From positions 96,001 through 160,000 of the forward strand of contig CAWHCF010000044.1 in the NCBI GenBank assembly GCA_963827655.1: 64,000 nt of DNA, written 5' to 3'. Below, piece by piece: positions 29,739 to 39,931 of this stretch; position 1 is the stretch's first letter; each line of letters starts with the position of its first letter. Under the pieces are notes generated by a model that did not search any database, was not told the origin of the DNA, and saw only the letters and a list, made by a program, of their open reading frames with translations. The stretch comes from an uncultured Acidobacteriota bacterium (GTDB taxonomy: Bacteria > Acidobacteriota > UBA6911). The translations under genes and the position numbers were made by a program.

Positions 29739-30356
29739 ATGAAGGAAAACGTCGTGTGCGAAGCTAAACAACTTGCGGCTGACTATCTTCAAGCCTTCGA
29801 GAAGCTCCTGCATCGAGTGGATCTGGATGCCGTCGAAAGGATTGTCGATCTTTTGCGCGCGGCCCGTGACAGAGCGGGAACGATATATGTCGCCGGGAAT
29901 GGCGGCAGCGCCGCCACCGCTTCTCACTGGGTCAACGATCTGGGAAAAGCGACCAAATGCGAGGGCCGGAGGCCGATGCGAGTCATGAGCCTCAGCGACA
30001 ACATCTCATGGTTGACCGCGCTGGCGAACGACGAGGGGTACGAACGGGTCTTTTCAGGGCAGATGGAAAACTTTGCTCAACCTGGCGATGTTCTGATTGT
30101 GATTTCGGCAAGCGGGAATTCGCCCAATCTGCTCAGGGCCGTCGAGCTAGCCCGCGCGCGCGGCGTCGTGACCATAGGGATGCTGGGTTTCGATGGCGGT
30201 GCGTTAAAGGATCAGGTGGATGACTGCCTGTGGCTGCCGACCGAGCGGGGAGCCTATGGCCTGGTGGAGAGCGGTCATTCACTGCTTTGCCACGTCCTGA
30301 CGACCTGTCTGGTACAAGACCGGACGGAAACGAGCACACTCGAGCTAACCACGTGA
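29739..30356 (+). CDS. gmhA: Phosphoheptose (sedoheptulose-7-P) isomerase, SIS domain
   Basis: AGNGGSAA.ASH, TALAND.GY..VF, ISASGNSPN, GFDGG, VE..H. Confidence 0.9.
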   Translation: MKENVVCEAKQLAADYLQAFEKLLHRVDLDAVERIVDLLRAARDRAGTIYVAGNGGSAATASHWVNDLGKATKCEGRRPMRVMSLSDNISWLTALANDEGYERVFSGQMENFAQPGDVLIVISASGNSPNLLRAVELARARGVVTIGMLGFDGGALKDQVDDCLWLPTERGAYGLVESGHSLLCHVLTTCLVQDRTETSTLELTT

Positions 30357-31555
30357 GATCCGCGTTACAACGTCCCACTCAAGCAGTGATCCTGGCTGGC
30401 GGCCGGGGGACGCGTCTGGGCAACCTGACTGCGGCCCGACCAAAGCCTATGGTGGAAATCCACGGTAAGCCCTTCCTGTCTTACCAGATCGAACAGCTCA
30501 GGGATCAAGGCTTCAAACGTATTCTGTTATTGCTGGGGTATCTGCCCGAGGTCGTTCAAGACTACTGCGGTGACGGCAGCCGGTGGGGCGTGAAGGTCGA
30601 GTATTCTGTTTCTGCTGTCGAGGATGATACCGGACGCCGGCTCAAGCTGGCCGCACCTCATCTCGACTCACACTTCCTCTTGCTCTATTGCGACAACTAT
30701 TGGCCGATGCAAATGGAACGCATGTGGCAGAGGTTCACCGCGGCTGACGTCCCGGCCATGATAACGGTGTACAGCAACAAGGATGGTTACACCCGCAACA
30801 GCGTTCGGGTAGATGACGAAGGATATGTGGTTGCATACGATAAGACCTGCGCAAGCGCCGGCCTGGCGGGCGTAGAGATCAGCTACGCGATACTCAACCG
30901 GTCCGTTGTCGACCTGCTCCCCGAGACGAATGTGTCGCTCGAGGAGACTTTATATCCCCTGCTGGTCCAGCGCCGCGAGTTACTGGGCTATGTGACCGAC
31001 CATCGTTACTACAGCATAGGCGCGCAGCACCGGCTGCCGCTCACCGAGAGCTTCCTGGCGCGGCGGCCCGCCGTGATTCTCGATCGCGACGGCGTCTTGA
31101 ACAAGCGGCCGCCGAAGGCACAGTATGTCCGGGCATGGGGGGAATTCGAATGGCTCCCGGGTGCCAGGGAAGCGCTGCGCCTTTTTAACCAGGCTCGATA
31201 CCAGGTGATCGTGGTTTCCAATCAGGCCGGCGTCGGCCGTGGAGCCATGACCGAGTCCGACTTGCGGCAGATCCATGAGAGGATGGCGGTTGAGGTAGAG
31301 GACGCCGGGGGAAGGATTGATGCCCTCTATTACTGCCCGCACGACTGGAATTTCGGTTGTGAGTGCCGCAAGCCAAAACCGGGGCTCCTTTTTCAAGCCC
31401 AGCGCGAACTCAGTCTCGATCTGACCCGGACGCTTTTCATCGGTGACGACGAGCGCGACGCGCAAGCCGCCGCAGCCGCGGGCTGTCCTTCGGCGCTGGT
31501 ATCACCCGAGGAATCTTTAATCGACATTACACGCAAGGTGATAAGCAATGCATGA
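30353..31555 (+). CDS. gmhB: Fused heptose-1-phosphate guanylyltransferase (HddC-like) / heptose-1,7-bisphosphate phosphatase (GmhB)
   Basis: N-terminal ILAGGRGTRL..PKPM. C-terminal DRDGVLN, VSNQAG, YYCPH..CECRKPKPG, IGD. Confidence 0.88.
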   Translation: MRSALQRPTQAVILAGGRGTRLGNLTAARPKPMVEIHGKPFLSYQIEQLRDQGFKRILLLLGYLPEVVQDYCGDGSRWGVKVEYSVSAVEDDTGRRLKLAAPHLDSHFLLLYCDNYWPMQMERMWQRFTAADVPAMITVYSNKDGYTRNSVRVDDEGYVVAYDKTCASAGLAGVEISYAILNRSVVDLLPETNVSLEETLYPLLVQRRELLGYVTDHRYYSIGAQHRLPLTESFLARRPAVILDRDGVLNKRPPKAQYVRAWGEFEWLPGAREALRLFNQARYQVIVVSNQAGVGRGAMTESDLRQIHERMAVEVEDAGGRIDALYYCPHDWNFGCECRKPKPGLLFQAQRELSLDLTRTLFIGDDERDAQAAAAAGCPSALVSPEESLIDITRKVISNA

Positions 31556-31559
31556 CAAC

Positions 31560-32627
31560 ATGAAAACTGAAACTCCGATCAAGCGTCTTCTGGTGACAGG
31601 GCACAACGGATACGTCGGCTCAGTCATGGCGCCGCACTTGCTGCAGTCGGGATACGAGGTAGTCGGCCTGGATACGGGCTATTTCGGGCAGTGCACGTTC
31701 GTGCCCGACGTAGCGAACATCCCGGTGGTGCGTAAAGACATTCGAGAACTGGAGTCCTCAGACCTGGAAGGATTCGACGCCGTGGTTCATCTGGCGGCTC
31801 TGAGCAACGACCCGATCGGCAATCTCGACGCCGGCTGGACGGATGACATTAATTTTCGAGCTTCCGTGCGCCTGGCTCAACTCGCCAGGGCGGCGGGGGT
31901 GCGACGCTTCCTGTTTTCTTCCTCGTGCATCATGTACGGTATGGCGGATGCGTCGACCGTGACCGAGGATTCTCCGCTTGCGCCGCAGACCGAGTACGCA
32001 CGTTCCAAGGTCAAGAGCGAGCGAGCCCTCAGCGAACTGGCACAGGAAGGGTTTTCGCCTGTTTTTCTGCGCAACGGCACTATCTATGGCGTATCGCCTC
32101 GAATGCGCTTCGACACGGTTTTCAATGACCTCGTGGGATCGGCGGTGACCACAGGTAAGGTCGTGGTATACAGCGACGGCAAGCCCTGGCGGCCGGTGCT
32201 GCACGTCGCGGATGTCGCGCGCGCCTTCGAAGCGGTCCTCAAAGCGCCCACCGCGGCGGTCCACAACCAGGCATTTAACGTCGGCGCCAATCATCTAAAT
32301 CATCAGATTATTGAGCTGGCCGAGATTGCCGTCGCGACCGTGCCCGGCTGCCGGCTGGAGGTATTGGCTCAGCCCGGCGCCGATCAGCGCACCTATAAAA
32401 CCGACTTCGGCAAGTTTGCCAGGGTGATTCCCGGTTTTGAGTTCCAATGGACCGCGCGAACCGGGGCTCAACAGCTCTACGACGCATTCAAGACAGCCGG
32501 GCTGGTACGCGACACTTTCGTTGACAAGCGGTTCACACGGCTGAAGTGGTTGCGCCATCTGTTGGACACGGGACAGCTCGACGCCAATCTGCGATGGAAA
32601 AACGGCGCACGAGGAGAGCAGCAATGA
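31560..32627 (+). CDS. NAD-dependent nucleotide-sugar oxidoreductase, probable GDP-heptose C4-dehydrogenase (Cj1427-like)
   Basis: LVTGHNGYVG, YARSK, YGVSPRMRFD...ND, DQRTY. Sits inside the heptose cassette. Confidence 0.8.
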   Translation: MKTETPIKRLLVTGHNGYVGSVMAPHLLQSGYEVVGLDTGYFGQCTFVPDVANIPVVRKDIRELESSDLEGFDAVVHLAALSNDPIGNLDAGWTDDINFRASVRLAQLARAAGVRRFLFSSSCIMYGMADASTVTEDSPLAPQTEYARSKVKSERALSELAQEGFSPVFLRNGTIYGVSPRMRFDTVFNDLVGSAVTTGKVVVYSDGKPWRPVLHVADVARAFEAVLKAPTAAVHNQAFNVGANHLNHQIIELAEIAVATVPGCRLEVLAQPGADQRTYKTDFGKFARVIPGFEFQWTARTGAQQLYDAFKTAGLVRDTFVDKRFTRLKWLRHLLDTGQLDANLRWKNGARGEQQ

Positions 32628-33073
32628 TTGATGGAGTGAAGATCGTTCCTTTGCGGCAGATCGTCGACGAACGTGGGAAGATCATGCATATGCTGAAGGC
32701 GACCGACCCTCATTTCCTCGGCTTTGGCGAAATCTATTTCTCGTGCGCGTGGCCGGGTACGATCAAGGCCTGGCATATCCATCAGACGATGACGGTAAAT
32801 AACGCCGTTCTTTCCGGCCGAGCCAAGCTGGTGATGTATGACCTGCGCAAGAATTCGGCTACGCAGGGCAAACTTCAGGAGGTCTTCCTGGGCGAGGATA
32901 ACTACTGCCTGGTCCAGATTCCCCCGGGTATTGCCAACGGATACAAAGCCTATGGAGACAAGATGGTGATCCTGGCCAACTGCGGCACCGAGGCGCACGA
33001 TCCCAAAGAGATGCTGCGGCTCGATCCCTTTACCCCGGAAATACCGTATGATTGGGCGGTCAAACATGGCTAA
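32624..33073 (+). CDS. RmlC-like cupin NDP-4-keto-sugar 3,5-epimerase
   Basis: MIDGV...DERG, KAWHIH, YDLR..S.T.G, IPPGIANG. Confidence 0.88.
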   Translation: MIDGVKIVPLRQIVDERGKIMHMLKATDPHFLGFGEIYFSCAWPGTIKAWHIHQTMTVNNAVLSGRAKLVMYDLRKNSATQGKLQEVFLGEDNYCLVQIPPGIANGYKAYGDKMVILANCGTEAHDPKEMLRLDPFTPEIPYDWAVKHG

Positions 33074-34083
33074 GAGCCCAAGATTCTCGACTCCCAGACT
33101 GGTGGTTTCCAGCACACCCTTGCGAGTGAGCTTCGCGGGCGGCGGAACCGACCTGGCAGCGTTCTACGAACACGAGCGCGGTGCGGTGTTCAGCACTGCC
33201 ATCAACAAATACATCTACGTGACCGTGAAGCGGCACGGAGAGGTATTCAACGAGCGCATTCGTCTGAACTACTCCAGGAGCGAGCAGGTTCAGGGTGTCG
33301 ACGAGATCGAGAACAACATTGCGCGCGAGTGCCTGAGGTTCCTTCAAGTCGAACCGCCCCTCTACATCAGCACGGTCGGGGATCTGCCGGCCTCGACAGG
33401 ATTGGGCGGGTCCAGCAGTTTTGCGGTCGGCTTGCTGAACGCGCTGCATGCCTTTCGCGGCGAACGTGTGTCCGCCGGACAGCTTGCCGAGGAAGCCTCC
33501 TACATCGAGATTGACGTACTCAAGGAGCCTATCGGCAAACAAGATCAGTATGCGGCGGCCTTCGGCGGCTTGAACCTGTTCTGTTTCAAACCCGAACGGC
33601 GCCGTGACCGTCGAGCCGCACCGGCTGAACAATGGCGCGCTGGCCGCCCTGTTTGAGCAGATGATGATGTTCTGGACCGGGCACCAGAGGGATTCGAGCT
33701 CGGTCCTGGCGGAACAGAGAGCGAATACCGCTCAAAAGATGGACTCGCTGAGAATGCTGCGCGATCACGCCTACCACCTGCAGGGAATTCTGAGCAACGG
33801 CCATAGCAATTTGCAGGCGCTAGGGCAGATTCTCGACCAGGGTTGGGAGCTGAAACGCGGTCTGGCAAGTACGATTACAACTAACCAAATTGATAACTGG
33901 TACCGTCTGGCGCGTGAGGCGGGCGCCCTCGGAGGAAAGCTTTGCGGCGCGGGCGGCGGAGGCTTCCTGCTCTTCGTCGTGCCTGAGGAGGCTCAGGACA
34001 CCGTACGCAAGGCGTTGACTACCCTGAAGGAAGTGCCTGTGGGTCCTGCGGCGCACGGGTCTCAAATTCTGTTCGTGGAATAA
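33066..34083 (+). CDS. hddA: D-glycero-D-manno-heptose-7-phosphate kinase, GHMP family (frameshift near 33597)
   Basis: TPLRVSFAGGGTD, P..TGLGGSS, GKQDQYAAAFGG, GGKLCGAGGGGF. Confidence 0.9.
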
Positions 34084-34088
34084 TACAA

Positions 34089-35369
34089 ATGGGAGATAAC
34101 GGTAAATTGAACTCGACAAAGAATGAATCCGTGCGTTGTATCGTGTGCGGTTTGCAGACGGTGGAGCGGTTCCTGCACCTCGGCGATACGGCGCTCGCCA
34201 ACAAGTTTCTGACCAGGGACGAACTGACCATCCCGGAGCCGACCTTTCCGCTGACGGTTGGCTTCTGCCATACCTGCGGCCATGTGCAGCTAACCGAAAG
34301 AGTGCCTCCGGTCGCCATGTTTCAGGACTATCTCTACGTATCCTCAGCTTCCGATACACTCAAGGATCATTTGTATGATTTGAGTGACACGCTCGTACAA
34401 CGATATTCCCTCGGCGCTGATGATCTGGTCATCGATATCGGATGCAATGACGGCACTCTCTTGAGCGGGTTTGCGCGTCATGGCGTGAAGACCCTGGGTG
34501 TGGATCCTGCCGAGAACCTGGCCGCCCTGGCGGGTAGTCGGGGAACCGAACGCTATGTCGGGTTCTTTACCTCAGCCTCGTCCGAGGAAATAATCCGGAG
34601 GTGGGGTCAGGCCTCGCTTATTACCGCGACCAATACTTTCCCCCACATCCCGGAGTTGCGTGATTTTGTCGCCGGAATCAAGAAGGTGCTCGAACCAGGG
34701 GGCGTGTTTGTCATCGAAGCACATTACCTGGTCGACATGCTGGAACAAGCCGCCTTTGATACCATCTATCACGAGCACGTTTCTTACTGGGCGTTAGGTC
34801 CGATGGTCCACCTCTTCGCTCAAGAAGGCATGGAAATCGTCAATGTCGAACGCCTGCCCCTCCATCATGGCCAGTTGCGGGTTGCGGTCCAGCGCAAAGG
34901 AGAGGGACGCGTGCAGCGAAGCGTCGTCGAATTGCTCGCATTGGAGCGGGAGCTAGGGATCGATCGGTTTGAAACCTACCAGCGCTTTGCCGAGCAAACC
35001 CAACAGCTCAAGCGCGATTTGCACTATACCCTGAGGGAACTGCGACGCCAGGGAAAACGAGTCGCCGGTTACGGAGCGCCGGCGAAGGGCAACACACTGC
35101 TGAGCTTTCTGGAGCTCGGTCCCGATACGGTCAACTACATCGCTGATCGCAGTCTGCTGAAACAAGGGCGCTATACGCCCGGTTCACACATTCCGGTCGT
35201 GCCTCCCGATCGACTGTTAGCCGACCAGCCTGATTACGTCTTGCTGCTCGCCTGGAACTTTACCGACGAAGTGCTGGGGCAGCAGGCGGAGTACCGAAAA
35301 CGGGGCGGCAAGTTCATCGTCCCGGTTCCGAACGTCAAGATAATAGAGCCTGCGCCATCCAGGAATTGA
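34089..35369 (+). CDS. NDP-sugar C-methyltransferase (Zn-binding, TcaB9/NovU-like)
   Basis: CIVCG...CHTCGHVQL Zn motif, DIGCNDG, FDTIYHEH, HHGQLR, YGAPAKGNT, LLAWNF. Confidence 0.9.
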   Translation: MGDNGKLNSTKNESVRCIVCGLQTVERFLHLGDTALANKFLTRDELTIPEPTFPLTVGFCHTCGHVQLTERVPPVAMFQDYLYVSSASDTLKDHLYDLSDTLVQRYSLGADDLVIDIGCNDGTLLSGFARHGVKTLGVDPAENLAALAGSRGTERYVGFFTSASSEEIIRRWGQASLITATNTFPHIPELRDFVAGIKKVLEPGGVFVIEAHYLVDMLEQAAFDTIYHEHVSYWALGPMVHLFAQEGMEIVNVERLPLHHGQLRVAVQRKGEGRVQRSVVELLALERELGIDRFETYQRFAEQTQQLKRDLHYTLRELRRQGKRVAGYGAPAKGNTLLSFLELGPDTVNYIADRSLLKQGRYTPGSHIPVVPPDRLLADQPDYVLLLAWNFTDEVLGQQAEYRKRGGKFIVPVPNVKIIEPAPSRN

Positions 35370-35398
35370 ACCTCGCAGTCCCATGAAGGTAGTGGGGC

Positions 35399-36280
35399 AT
35401 GGACCGAAAAAATCCGGCAAGTTGGGCTGTGGCCGCCGTCGCCTGGCGTCTTCATCACGTCAGGCGACTGACTAAATCGTACTTGCTGAAAAGGTGCAAG
35501 TCATACTTCGAGCGCCAGGGCTACGGGACTTACCTGGTGGCCAAGAAAGATTGCCTGGCTGCTTTGACCGTGAAAGAAGCGCAATACTACACTCAGTGGT
35601 GCGCCCCCTGCCCCCTCTTTACCCCATGGGCAGGGCATCCGGACTTTCAGAAGGTATATGAAGGTATCGAGCCTCACACGCTGGTTTCTCCCGAGCGATG
35701 CTACATGCTGGTGAGTCTGGCCCGTCACAGTCTGCATCTCGCCGGGGATTTTGCCGAATGCGGAGTTTATAGAGGCGGGACGGCGCTCTTGCTTTCTCGT
35801 GTTCTTGACGACGATCGGTTCGTAACCAGTCAGGCTAAGACCTTGTATCTGTTCGATAGTTTCGAGGGGTTACCCCGTAAAAACGGAAGTCACGATAATG
35901 TATACGGCGAAGGAACCTTCGCGATCGACTCGGTAGAATCGGTGAAGAGTCTCTTGAGCAGTTTCCGAAATTTTACCGACTTTCGCAAGGGTTGGATTCC
36001 CGATACTTTCCAGGGACTTGATGACAGGCGTTACGCCTTTGCCCACATCGATGTGGACCTCTATCAGTCTGCTCTGGATTGCTGCCGGTATTTTTATCCG
36101 CGCCTGGTCCCCGGTGGAGTGCTGGTCTTCGACGACTATGGATTCCCGGCGGCCCGTGGCGAAAAAGATGCTGTCGACGAGTTTTTTGCCGACAAGCCGG
36201 AATCTCCCATAACGCTCCTGACCGGACAATCCCTCGTCATAAAACTACCCGGATCAGCGGAACTAATCGCCGGAAAATGA
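35399..36280 (+). CDS. TylF/MycF/NovP-family sugar O-methyltransferase
   Basis: GDFAECGVYRGG, FDSFEGLP, KGWIPDT, HIDVDLY, VFDDYG. Confidence 0.92.
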   Translation: MDRKNPASWAVAAVAWRLHHVRRLTKSYLLKRCKSYFERQGYGTYLVAKKDCLAALTVKEAQYYTQWCAPCPLFTPWAGHPDFQKVYEGIEPHTLVSPERCYMLVSLARHSLHLAGDFAECGVYRGGTALLLSRVLDDDRFVTSQAKTLYLFDSFEGLPRKNGSHDNVYGEGTFAIDSVESVKSLLSSFRNFTDFRKGWIPDTFQGLDDRRYAFAHIDVDLYQSALDCCRYFYPRLVPGGVLVFDDYGFPAARGEKDAVDEFFADKPESPITLLTGQSLVIKLPGSAELIAGK

Positions 36281-37616
36281 ATTCAGCCGATTTAACCACC
36301 GGTCTCAATTTGGTTGACGCCGGGACAGAGATGTACGCCCTGGTTTCGGAGTTATATCCCATTTGCCGAAGCATCACGGGCGGCGGAGTGCGAGAGACCC
36401 TTCGTATCCTTCAAAGCCGGATTCCGCTCACAATCCATGAGATCCCCAGCGGCACACCCGTATTCGACTGGAATATTCCCAGAGAGTGGAACATCAGAGA
36501 TGCCTGCGTAAAGAATGCGCAAGGGGAGCGAGTCATAGATTTCAGGAAATCCAACCTGCACGTGGTCAGCTACAGCGTGCCGGTCAGAACCAGGATTCCG
36601 CTTGACGAGTTGAAAGAGCATCTGTTTACGCTCCCCGATCACCCGGACTGGATTCCGTATCGAACTTCATACTATGCGGAAAACTGGGGATTCTGCCTGA
36701 GCCACAATGAATTGATGCGGTTGAAGGATGGCGAATACGAGGTACTGGATCGATGCGTCTCTGGAAAAAGGTCACCTTACCTACGGCGAATACTATCTCG
36801 CAGGAGAGAGCGCCGAAGAGGTCCTGATATCCTGTCATGTCTGCCATCCGTCGCTGTGCAACGATAACCTTTCCGGCATTGCCCTGGCGGTGTCTCTGGC
36901 GCAGCGACTGGGGCAGGTCAAGCGCAGATATTCCTATCGATTTCTTTTTACCCCCGGAACCATCGGTTCCATAACCTGGCTCTCCTTGAACGAAGCGCAG
37001 CTTTCCCGAATCAAACACGGGCTGGTTTTAGCTTGTGTCGGGCGACTCGGGCAAGTTTACCTACAAAAAAACTCGCCGCGGCAATGCAGAGATTGACCGG
37101 GCCGTCGCCTATGTCTTCCAGCATGCGGGCAACGACTACGAGATCCTGAATTTTTCCCCCTACGGCTATGACGAGCGCCAGTTCTGCTCGCCGGCGTTCA
37201 ATCTTCCGGTTGGATGTTTTATGCGAACGCCGCACGGCCGCTTCCCGGAGTATCACACGTCCGCCGACAATCTTGATCTGGTGCGCCCTCAAAACCTTTC
37301 GGACTCGTTCGCCCGGTGTTTATCGGTTCTGCAGATCCTGGAGGAGAACAAGGCTTACCTGAACCAGAATCCAAAGTGCGAGCCGCAACTGGGCAAGCGA
37401 GGGCTCTATCGAACCATGGGAGGGGAAACCGATGGAAAAAGTCGTGAACTGGCAATGTTGTGGCTTTTGAATCTATCGGACGGCAGCCATACTTTGTTGG
37501 ACATCGCGGAGGAATCCGGGCTGGAGTTCGGTCTTATCAGTAGCGCCCGAGACGCGCTGGTGCAACACGGCCTGTTGAAGGAGCGTCCCGAAGAAGCGCA
37601 GCCGACCTGCAGGTAG
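36277..37616 (+). CDS. DUF4910/DUF2172 aminopeptidase-like glycan-modification protein with C-terminal winged helix (frameshifts near 36745 and 37040)
   Basis: LYPICRSITG.GVR, DWNIP.EWNI, IPYRTSYY..NWGFC, HVCHPS.CNDN.SG, GYDERQF.SP, EYHTSAD, EPQLGKRGLY. Confidence 0.9.
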
Positions 37617-37644
37617 CCAACGACAACCGGTCACACTTTCAATC

Positions 37645-38367
37645 ATGGCAGACTTCACCAATCAGATAGCGGTTGTAACGGGCGCCAGCAGCGGCGTCGG
37701 CAGGGCCATTGCCCTTGCCCTCGCCGAGCAGGGGGCTACCGTCTGCCTTGTGGGGCGCAAGCTGGAAGCGCTTCAATCGGTTTCAGGCAGCGCCGGTTCC
37801 TCTCGCTTTTTCAGTTATCAGGCCGATCTCACGAACGACGAGGAAATCCATGAACTGGCGGCGCGCCTGCAGCGAGACGTCGGCTTTATCGACCTGCTGG
37901 TTCACAGCGCGGGCGTTATCGCGTTGGGACCGATCGAAGAGGCTCCGGTCGAAGACTTCGATCGCCAGTACCGCACTAATGTGCGCGGCCCTTACGTCCT
38001 TACCCAGGCACTGCTGCCTATGTTCCGCGGATCTCGAGGCGAGGTTGTATTTGTCAATTCCAGTATCGGTCTGAGCGCCAGAGCCGGCACGGGACAGTAC
38101 GCGGCAACCAAGCTCGCGCTCAAGGCCATCGCGGACAGCCTGCGCGCGGAAGTAAACGCGGATGGGCGGCGGGTACTCAGCGTATTTCTTGGACGAACCG
38201 CGACTCCGATGCAGCAGACTATTCACGATCGGGAAGGCCGGGACTATCATCCGGAGCTGCTGCTTCAGCCGGAAGACGTGGCCGCCGTGGTGTTGAACGC
38301 CGTCAGCTTGCCGCGGACCGCCGAAGTTACCGACATTAATATCAGGCCGATGATCAAGACGGCCTAG
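37645..38367 (+). CDS. Short-chain dehydrogenase/reductase
   Basis: VTGASSGVG, HSAG, NSS, YAATK. Confidence 0.92.
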   Translation: MADFTNQIAVVTGASSGVGRAIALALAEQGATVCLVGRKLEALQSVSGSAGSSRFFSYQADLTNDEEIHELAARLQRDVGFIDLLVHSAGVIALGPIEEAPVEDFDRQYRTNVRGPYVLTQALLPMFRGSRGEVVFVNSSIGLSARAGTGQYAATKLALKAIADSLRAEVNADGRRVLSVFLGRTATPMQQTIHDREGRDYHPELLLQPEDVAAVVLNAVSLPRTAEVTDINIRPMIKTA

Positions 38368-38435
38368 GGAAGCGCCCTCCATACTGTGAGACATTAGCCG
38401 AAGGCGGCAACCTGTCGCGCATTTGAGAGGAAATC

Positions 38436-39895
38436 ATGGATACTTCATTCTTGAAGTTGCTGCGCTGCCCTTTTTGTGCGGGGACTCTGAGCGCAAGCGG
38501 GCCTGAACCGGTTTCACCCGAACCGGAATACGGTGTGCTGAGCTGCTATTGCGGCCGGTACCCCATCGTGGCCGGCATTCCCGTTCTCAAAAAGGGAAAC
38601 ATCGGCAGCGCCGGACAAAGCAGCGAAGAGGTCATCGCCTTGATTGAGAATGGCCGGCGAGTCCGAGGCGCTGTTTTCTCTTTTGACACCGCCCGGCTTG
38701 CCGCCGTCGCCGTCCTGGATCCGTTCCTTGCCTTCGGTCACGGGAATCAATCGGGTCAAGAGCCTCGCGTCGGAGCGGTCGGCGCGCCAGTGGCAAGAGC
38801 AGGCGGCCCCGCTCCTGGCAGATGAAGAAGCGACGGCCTGTAACCTCCTGGATCTCTATTTCAGCAGGAATAAGAACAAGCTTGTCCGCGACTATTTCGC
38901 CTTCCGTTTCGGCAACGGGCGCTATCTGGTGGGCCTGTCTTTTGCTGCCAGCCTGGCAACCAGCCCGATCGAGCCCTGTTGGATTTGGCTTGCGGATGCG
39001 GCCACCTGACCAGCGGCCTGGTGCAGCAAGCGGAAGGCCGGCCCGGTGGTGGGAATGGACGATTCCTTTTTCGGACTCTATGTGGCCAAGCGTTGGACTG
39101 CGCCTCAGGCAGAATATGTCTGTTGCGCGGCCGATGGGTCCCTCCCTTTCCCGGATGGCGCCTTTTCGGCCGCATTCTGCTCCGATGCCTTTCACTATTT
39201 CTCTGCCAAGGCAACGAGCGCTCGGGAACTGAAACGCCTGACGCGGGACCACGGGATCATCGTCTTGTTCTGGGTGCGCAACGGGCTCTTGGAACATCCC
39301 TACGCCGGCTTGCCGCTGCCGCCGGCGGGTTATCAGGCTTTGGTCGCCGACATGCCCCACCGCCTGGTCGCGGACTCTGAAGTCCTGGCCGGTACCTGCG
39401 AAAGCAAGGCCCGCCGCTGGCTCGCTCCGCCGAGATCGAGAGTCTGGCCCAGTGAGCCCGTGCTCTCGATCGTGGCGTCGCATCGGCAAGAAGCACTCGT
39501 CGATTATGGTACCTTCGAGGATTGGCCGCACGCTCGAGGGCGCCTGGACTTGAACCCTCTGTATGTGAAAGAACCCAGGAACGGCGACGGAAGTGTGTCT
39601 TTGCGCCGTCGCTTTCCTTCCCCGCTCTACGAACAGCTGAACGAGGAGTGCAAGTCGTACCTGCCGGCATCCGTGGATGTGAACGAAACGATATGGACCG
39701 ATCTCGCGAACGGGAAAGCAAACTCAAGAGATCGAAACGTTGGTAGAGCAGTGCGTCTTGCTGGCTATCCCTGAGCGCTATGGGAATCCCAATGCCTCTC
39801 GTCTTCAAAGCATGGCGAGTGTCATCGGTTATCCTATGCTGTATTCGCTTGGTATCGAACTGTGTGAGAGCTTTGTTTGGGACGTACCCATATAA
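38436..39895 (+). CDS. Class I methyltransferase with Trm112-like N-terminal Zn ribbon (several frameshifts)
   Basis: LLRCPFC...CYCGRYPIVAGIPVL, LDLACGCGH, LPFPDGAF, DAFHY. Confidence 0.75.
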
Positions 39896-39931
39896 GCCAG
39901 CGGACACAAGGTTGTCCGGGAGATTGAGTCA

